A stretch of DNA of 63,908 bases. It comes from a virus (taxonomy: Duplodnaviria; Caudoviricetes). The notes below the pieces were generated by a model. The model made no database searches and was not told where the DNA came from. It was given only the letters and a program-made list of their open reading frames with translations. Of the stretch, positions 59,261 to 63,908 are shown piece after piece. The translations under genes and the position numbers were made by a program. How positions within the stretch are numbered: the stretch's first letter is position 1; the number at the start of each line of letters is the position of its first letter. The stretch covers positions 1-63,908 of the IMG/VR virus record IMGVR_UViG_3300032087_005153; one strand, 5' to 3'.

Positions 59261-59461
59261 TTATTTAAATTTATAAAGTGAATTATGAGTGAATTTAGTT
59301 TTATGTAGTTTTTTACCAGTGAATATTATATCACGATTTTTACGATAGTCATTATCAGTAAATGGCTTACAATAGCCGTGTACTTCAGTTTCAGCTTTCC
59401 ATTTAGCTGCATTAGTTTTCTTTTTATTTTCCATATATTGTTTTAATTCTTGTATTGTCAT
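59261..59461 (-). CDS. Hypothetical protein
   Basis: ORF in operon. Confidence 0.55.
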   Translation of the reverse strand: MTIQELKQYMENKKKTNAAKWKAETEVHGYCKPFTDNDYRKNRDIIFTGKKLHKTKFTHNSLYKFK

Positions 59462-59588
59462 TATGATATTTGTTTTATATAGTTTAGTGCTGCTTTTTCT
59501 GTATTAAAATCTTTATACCCAGTATATATGTCATTCTTTTTCCAAAACACTCGATATTGATTATTAATTGTCATTTTAATTTTTGTTT

Positions 59589-59831
59589 TCATTGTGTTAA
59601 TTCTTTAGCCATATATGTTGTATACGGCAGATTTGTTTTCATGGGTTCAATTAATTCTGCCATACGTAGCCATACTCTTAGATTGCTAATGTCACCCATA
59701 ACTAATTTATAAGATAGCTCGGGCCAGGCAGCGTGGTGTCTGTTTCTGAAATGAGTACGTACACTTAATCTGTAATGTGCTATTTTAGATATTAGCTTAG
59801 CCTCAATTCGATCGTCGATTGGATTTGTCAT
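59589..59831 (-). CDS. Hypothetical protein
   Basis: ORF directly downstream of tRNA-like RNA. Confidence 0.55.
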   Translation of the reverse strand: MTNPIDDRIEAKLISKIAHYRLSVRTHFRNRHHAAWPELSYKLVMGDISNLRVWLRMAELIEPMKTNLPYTTYMAKELTQ

Positions 59832-59850
59832 AGTATTTAATTTAATTTAG

Positions 59851-59937
59851 TGGATGTGGGAGGAATCGAACCTCCGTTTAGAAGACTTGACAACAATGCT
59901 TTCGCTTGACAACAATGTCTATCTGCCTATCACACCC
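59851..59937 (-). ncRNA. tRNA-like RNA resembling an isolated tmRNA tRNA-like domain (Ala identity, no anticodon)
   Basis: Acceptor GGGUGUG/CACAUCC+A with G3.U70; T-arm GGAGG-UUCGAUU-CCUCC; no D-stem; long arm capped by GAAA. Confidence 0.75.
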
Positions 59938-59942
59938 AATAG

Positions 59943-60006
59943 CCGAGGGCACAGCTCATGACCTGTATTTCTAACTAGTATGTATCGCTCGTCAGCAATC
60001 CCTCGG
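59943..60006 (-). ncRNA. Putative structured RNA element
   Basis: CCGAGGG/CCCUCGG closing stem and inner UGAC/GUCA stem; GC-rich intergenic island. Confidence 0.4.
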
Positions 60007-60017
60007 TGCCGTTAATA

Positions 60018-60088
60018 TTGTTAGCTAAGCAAAGCCGCCCCAGAAAATGTCTGGTATTTGTTCAAGGCTGCTCTACTTAACTTAACAA
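60018..60088 (-). ncRNA. Putative long-hairpin small RNA
   Basis: About 21-bp stem whose mismatches become G.U pairs on the - strand; 11-nt bulge; CCAGA/UCUGG apical hairpin. Confidence 0.5.
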
Positions 60089-60260
60089 ACACACAAATGA
60101 ATGAAAGGTATATTATAGTTGCTGGTTTAATATGTAGTTTATAACTTGACTAGGCGTACCAGTCATTATACGTTCTTCGTCGTATAGATCTTTGAACGTT
60201 AGTGTATAAAACTTTGGTTTGTGTATAGCAAATTGTGTGTTAAATTTATTTCCAGCCATT

Positions 60261-60491
60261 TTATTTTGTGTTTGTTGTTATAATTTCTTTTTCTTTTTCA
60301 AGCTTATCAATTACTTCATGCAGCTTAACTGTTATGTAGTCAACAATGTCTTGCACGTCAAAGCCGTCATTCCATACTGTAGGTACAAACTTTTCAAGCA
60401 TATAGCGTGTATCCCAGTCAGCATTTGTTAATTGTTCAATTCGATTGATTTTGTTTTGTAAATCTAAATAGTTTTGTAATTGTGTGTTCAT
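60261..60491 (-). CDS. Early hypothetical protein
   Basis: Starts 34 nt downstream of promoter motif. Confidence 0.65.
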   Translation of the reverse strand: MNTQLQNYLDLQNKINRIEQLTNADWDTRYMLEKFVPTVWNDGFDVQDIVDYITVKLHEVIDKLEKEKEIITTNTK

Positions 60492-60524
60492 AATATTTAA
60501 TTTTAATTTGTTTGTTATTCGTTA

Positions 60525-60558
60525 TTATTATCCGTTATCCTCCGTGTTAGGGTTGTAA
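60525..60558 (-). promoter_or_regulatory. Early promoter-like motif
   Basis: + strand TTATTATCC-N8-CCGTGTT-N4-TTGTAA. Confidence 0.75.
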
Positions 60559-60678
60559 TCTTCTTCAGGTCGGTATTCATTTTTATTTCTAGGTGGTGTA
60601 TGCTTTGTTATTGGTTCATACTTATAGCCTAAGATCGGATTAATACCGTGGTTCCAAAAATCGTAAGGCATTTCTTTT

Positions 60679-61023
60679 TTAGTTGTCATAATTTTTTACA
60701 TTTAATTGTTCTAATAAATCTAATTCTTTTTCTTCAATATAAGCACTGACTTCGTCTTCAGGTAAATATGTTTCAAAATCAGATACCCATACTACTGCCC
60801 AGTCATCAAGTTCTTTAATACGATCAATTATGTCTTCAAATGAAGGCTGATAGTAATATACATCAGATTCCCAGTTTAAAGTGTCGTTTTCGTTAGTTAT
60901 TACATGCACATCATAATTGTCTGCTGTCATGTATTCGCTTATGCTTAAATCGGCGTGAGATACATATTTATCTGTTATTTGTTCAACGCCTAATAGTTTT
61001 GCTAATTTTTGTATGTCTGTCAT
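60679..61023 (-). CDS. Acidic early hypothetical protein
   Basis: 114 aa, Asp/Glu-rich. Confidence 0.65.
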   Translation of the reverse strand: MTDIQKLAKLLGVEQITDKYVSHADLSISEYMTADNYDVHVITNENDTLNWESDVYYYQPSFEDIIDRIKELDDWAVVWVSDFETYLPEDEVSAYIEEKELDLLEQLNVKNYDN

Positions 61024-61214
61024 TTTGTTACTTTTTTAATTAATGAAAATAATAGTTGTTGTTTGATTTGTAGCTCAAGTGGATATAGGTCATCAAATTC
61101 AGTTAAACCAAATTCAGATGAGTCAAGCTGCCAGTGTATTGTATTGTCAATGTGCTCATCAACTTCTTCAATAATTTTGTCAGCTAAGTTTGATATTAAT
61201 TCTTTATTGTACAT
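61020..61214 (-). CDS. Acidic early hypothetical protein
   Basis: Starts 18 nt downstream of promoter motif. Confidence 0.65.
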   Translation of the reverse strand: MYNKELISNLADKIIEEVDEHIDNTIHWQLDSSEFGLTEFDDLYPLELQIKQQLLFSLIKKVTK

Positions 61215-61231
61215 GTGTTTGTTATTTGTTA

Positions 61232-61265
61232 ATATTATCCGTGTTTGTTCGTGTTAGGTTTGTAA
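61232..61265 (-). promoter_or_regulatory. Early promoter-like motif
   Basis: + strand ATATTATCC-N8-TCGTGTT-N4-TTGTAA. Confidence 0.8.
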
Positions 61266-61279
61266 AAGTGTATAGCAAA

Positions 61280-61480
61280 TTATACAATTTCAAGGTTTAA
61301 TTCTTGTGCGACGTAGTTGATATGCTTTGTCGTTGTTATTGATGATGAGCCAACACCTTTTACATTCCATTTAAGTTTGTATAGTTTACCGTCTTTAATT
61401 TCTGCAACGTGTGTATCATATGATATAATGTCGTTGCCAATTCTTTTTAAATTTTGTTTGTATCTGTTAAATGTTTTCAT
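61280..61480 (-). CDS. Early hypothetical protein
   Basis: IISYDTHVA...S.TTTKHINY. Confidence 0.65.
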   Translation of the reverse strand: MKTFNRYKQNLKRIGNDIISYDTHVAEIKDGKLYKLKWNVKGVGSSSITTTKHINYVAQELNLEIV

Positions 61481-61658
61481 AGTTATGTGTTTTAGGTTCG
61501 TCTGTGTGTATTATCCATTTACAATTTGTTGATATGTGACCAAAGCCAAGCAATGCTTCAATTATATCTTTGTTTTCTATATCCCATAATTCAATTGGGT
61601 ATGTATTTACATTGCCTTGCTTATAGTCTATTACTGTTATATATTTTGCATGTGTCAT
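61467..61658 (-). CDS. Early hypothetical protein
   Basis: ORF in operon. Confidence 0.6.
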   Translation of the reverse strand: MTHAKYITVIDYKQGNVNTYPIELWDIENKDIIEALLGFGHISTNCKWIIHTDEPKTHNYENI

Positions 61659-61908
61659 TATCCAATATATTCTAATAGTTTCTTAATCTTTTTTAAATTC
61701 TTGTGTGCTATTTGTGCATTCATAAAATGTGCGTAGTCAGGACCGATCGCTACAAGGTCATCAATTGTTTGGCGTAATTCATATAGTTTATCTTTTGTTG
61801 TCATGATAATTCAGTTAAGATTAATGTAACGCCAGTTAATAATATTCCTAATAGGAAGCCTGTGTCGAGGTTTTGTAATTCAAATAGTGTTTGCATAGTT
61901 ATTTAGTT

Positions 61909-62220
61909 TTAAGTTCCAGAATATGTCCAAGGATTAGCGACGCAATACTCATCGATCGCTTTGCCTTGTTCAATTATTTTATCAAGGTTTAATAATGTTT
62001 GTTGTATTTCAAATGCAGCATCAGCAACGTTGTCGTCTGTTAATTTGATGATACGCTCACCCATTTCAGTTCGAAGCTTTAGTACTTTGCCACCATACAG
62101 TGGTATATTTTTTAGTGAGAAGTACCATTCGCCGTTGAATTTTGCATTGTATCCAGTTATGTCATCACTTAAAAATTGTTTGATGATGTACTCATTCATT
62201 GTTGTTCGTCTTGTTCTCAT
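61909..62220 (-). CDS. Early hypothetical protein
   Basis: 103-aa ORF. Confidence 0.6.
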   Translation of the reverse strand: MRTRRTTMNEYIIKQFLSDDITGYNAKFNGEWYFSLKNIPLYGGKVLKLRTEMGERIIKLTDDNVADAAFEIQQTLLNLDKIIEQGKAIDEYCVANPWTYSGT

Positions 62221-62875
62221 ATTATTTATAGTTTATAATTCCTCTTATATCTTTTTCGTCAAAGTCCCAGCGATTTAATATACGCTTGACCATTTCATCT
62301 TCAGAGACGCCTTGGCGTTCCCATTTGTCTATTAATTCTACAATGTATTCTACTAACATATATATTCTTTTTTAATTCTATTTAGTTCGTCATAACGCTG
62401 GTTGATTAACCGGCTGTGTATAGCAAGAAGCTTTTCTTGTTGGTCAAGTGTTAATCCTAGACCTTCAATTTTTAGGTCTTGTATCATATCTATTTTACCT
62501 TCTATATTGTGTAGTCTTTCAAATATCATAGCTTACTAAATTTTTTAATTAATTCTAATTCTATTTTAAATAATTCTTGTTGTGTTTGTGTTAGCTCTGT
62601 TAGTCTATCAACGTCAGCCAGTGTTTTGACATAATCTTTAAGGTTGAAATAAAGTCTGTCGATTTGTTGTTGTGTTAATTCTACTTTCATTTTATATCTT
62701 TTATTAAATTGTGTATTTCTTTTGTGTTTGTTAGATGATAGTTGGAGTGATATTTGTCATTGACTTTTATTACTGTGTCAATTAGATAATCAAATTCTTT
62801 GTCAGTGTAGTAAAGCTCAATTGTTATTTTTTTAGTGTGTACTTTTTTCATTGTGTATTTGTTTGTTGTTCGTTT

Positions 62876-62909
62876 ATATTATCCGATTATGATCGTGTTA
62901 AGCTTGTAA
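62876..62909 (-). promoter_or_regulatory. Early promoter-like motif
   Basis: + strand ATATTATCC-N8-TCGTGTT-N4-TTGTAA; - strand ATG at 62851. Confidence 0.8.
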
Positions 62910-63470
62910 TCTGGTATGGGCATAGTAGACTTTAGTTGTGTCAATATGATTCCAGTGGGCATTTCTTGCAAAGGTTACTCTTGTTACACCTTTAGAACCA
63001 AGGCCATAGAAAGTCATTTGCTTTTCAGTTTGTTTGGCTTGTCTATCCAGTTTCTTTTGTAATTTAGATTTCATAGTGTGTGTGTTTTATTTGTTAATGT
63101 TTTTAGTTAGAATGGTATAATACGTTGCTTGTGTGTATGTTAAAAGCTTTTTTAGTTAAAGTTATTAATCATTTTATCAATTTTGCTTAATATTCCCCAG
63201 CACTGATCGATGGCTGTTGGATCGTTGTCTGAATTAGCATAGTCTTGTAATGCTTGAGTCAGTATAGTTAGTTCAGTTTGTGTGAATTTCATATTATTAT
63301 CTATTTACTTCTCTTTGGTATTGTAATTCTTTTAAGTATATTTTATTTAGCTTGTCCAGTACATGCTCTATTGAGTCTATGTAGTTATAGTGATTTTTGT
63401 CAGATACTTTGTAAATTATTTTTTTAAGTTGTTTAGTAGTAGACATATTATTTAATTTTTAAATTCTTAT

Positions 63471-63504
63471 ATATTATCCAGTTGAGGTCGTGTTTACTTT
63501 GTAA
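63471..63504 (-). promoter_or_regulatory. Early promoter-like motif
   Basis: + strand ATATTATCC-N8-TCGTGTT-N4-TTGTAA; - strand ATG at 63446. Confidence 0.8.
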
Positions 63505-63727
63505 AATCATAGATTCTTAAATACCATTCTTCTATACTTTCATTATATTTCATTTCACAATTTTCTTTTACAATTACGTTTTCCATTATTACTTTTTCAT
63601 TAAAGATTTGTTCTTTAGTTCCATAGTAATCTGTTTTAAAAATCTTATTTAATTCTTCTTCTACTAGTTTATTTAATATTAATTTGTTTTGTTTACTTAC
63701 TTCTTTTAAATGTGTTTGTAAATTCAT
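63494..63727 (-). CDS. First early hypothetical protein
   Basis: Starts 28 nt downstream of promoter motif. Confidence 0.65.
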   Translation of the reverse strand: MNLQTHLKEVSKQNKLILNKLVEEELNKIFKTDYYGTKEQIFNEKVIMENVIVKENCEMKYNESIEEWYLRIYDFTK

Positions 63728-63754
63728 TTTATTATTATTTTATTTGTTACATAT

Positions 63755-63788
63755 ATATTATCCATTTGTGTTCGTGTTTAGTTTGTAA
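63755..63788 (-). promoter_or_regulatory. Early promoter-like motif
   Basis: + strand ATATTATCC-N8-TCGTGTT-N4-TTGTAA. Confidence 0.8.
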
Positions 63789-63817
63789 AACTTAAATAAT
63801 TAAAATATTAAAATCTG

Positions 63818-63908
63818 TGATCGGAGCCTAACTATATTATCCAAAATAGTTCGTGTTTACATTGTAAAATACCGAGCACAAAAAGTCAAAAGTTATGTAC
63901 TTGATACT
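63818..63908. repeat. 91-bp direct repeat, right copy
   Basis: Identical to 1-91. Confidence 0.95.

Noticed and set aside
59886-59917. Tandem TTGACA as + strand sigma70 -35 boxes or iterons
   Set aside because: No matching -10 or downstream + strand gene; the repeat is explained by the RNA hairpin
59851-59937. Ordinary tRNA-Ala or full-length tmRNA
   Set aside because: No D-stem or 7-nt anticodon loop, and too short to hold a tag ORF or pseudoknots
59955-59996. Hammerhead ribozyme on the - strand (CUGACGA...GAAA...GUC)
   Set aside because: Core words are present, but stem II lacks the G-C closing pair and stems I and III do not pair
61660-63446. Stop-codon recoding to explain the sparse ORF track
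   Set aside because: Large genes are intact under the standard code; the region is filled by short - strand ORFs below the 60-aa cutoff
60525-63867. CRISPR array formed by the 34-bp repeats
   Set aside because: Irregular spacing of 45 nt to 1.6 kb with genes between copies, internally variable positions, and no cas genes

Overview
The window looks like a complete, circularly assembled ~63.8 kb lytic tailed-phage genome: positions 1-91 repeat exactly at 63818-63908, and I found no integrase. The host is probably Bacteroidota/Flavobacteriia, given the AT-rich sequence, A-rich ribosome-binding regions without Shine-Dalgarno motifs, and a podovirus-type gene set resembling Cellulophaga phi38:1 and crAss-like phages. 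The + strand arm (0.3-45.9 kb) encodes tail fibres and chaperones, GroEL/GroES, lysis genes, terminase, portal, scaffold, major capsid, tail ring and stabilisation proteins, and three putative ejection proteins. The - strand arm (63.7-46.0 kb) encodes small early genes, a ncRNA cluster, a sigma factor, ERF/exonuclease/SSB, a T7-like primase-helicase, ThyA and class I RNR. No DNA polymerase was recognised. Best candidates for new biology: (1) a 2302-aa virion-module protein with a zincin HExxH protease, recurrent R/K-F/E-S linker motifs and an embedded sigma70 region-2-like segment, in a genome carrying six copies of a non-canonical early promoter-like motif (TTACAA-N4-AACACGR-N8-GGATAATAW), which suggests an injected, self-cleaving sigma factor system; (2) an 87-nt tmRNA-TLD-like RNA with a G3.U70 alanine acceptor stem but no anticodon or mRNA domain. 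All family calls come from reading motifs by eye; no database searches were run.
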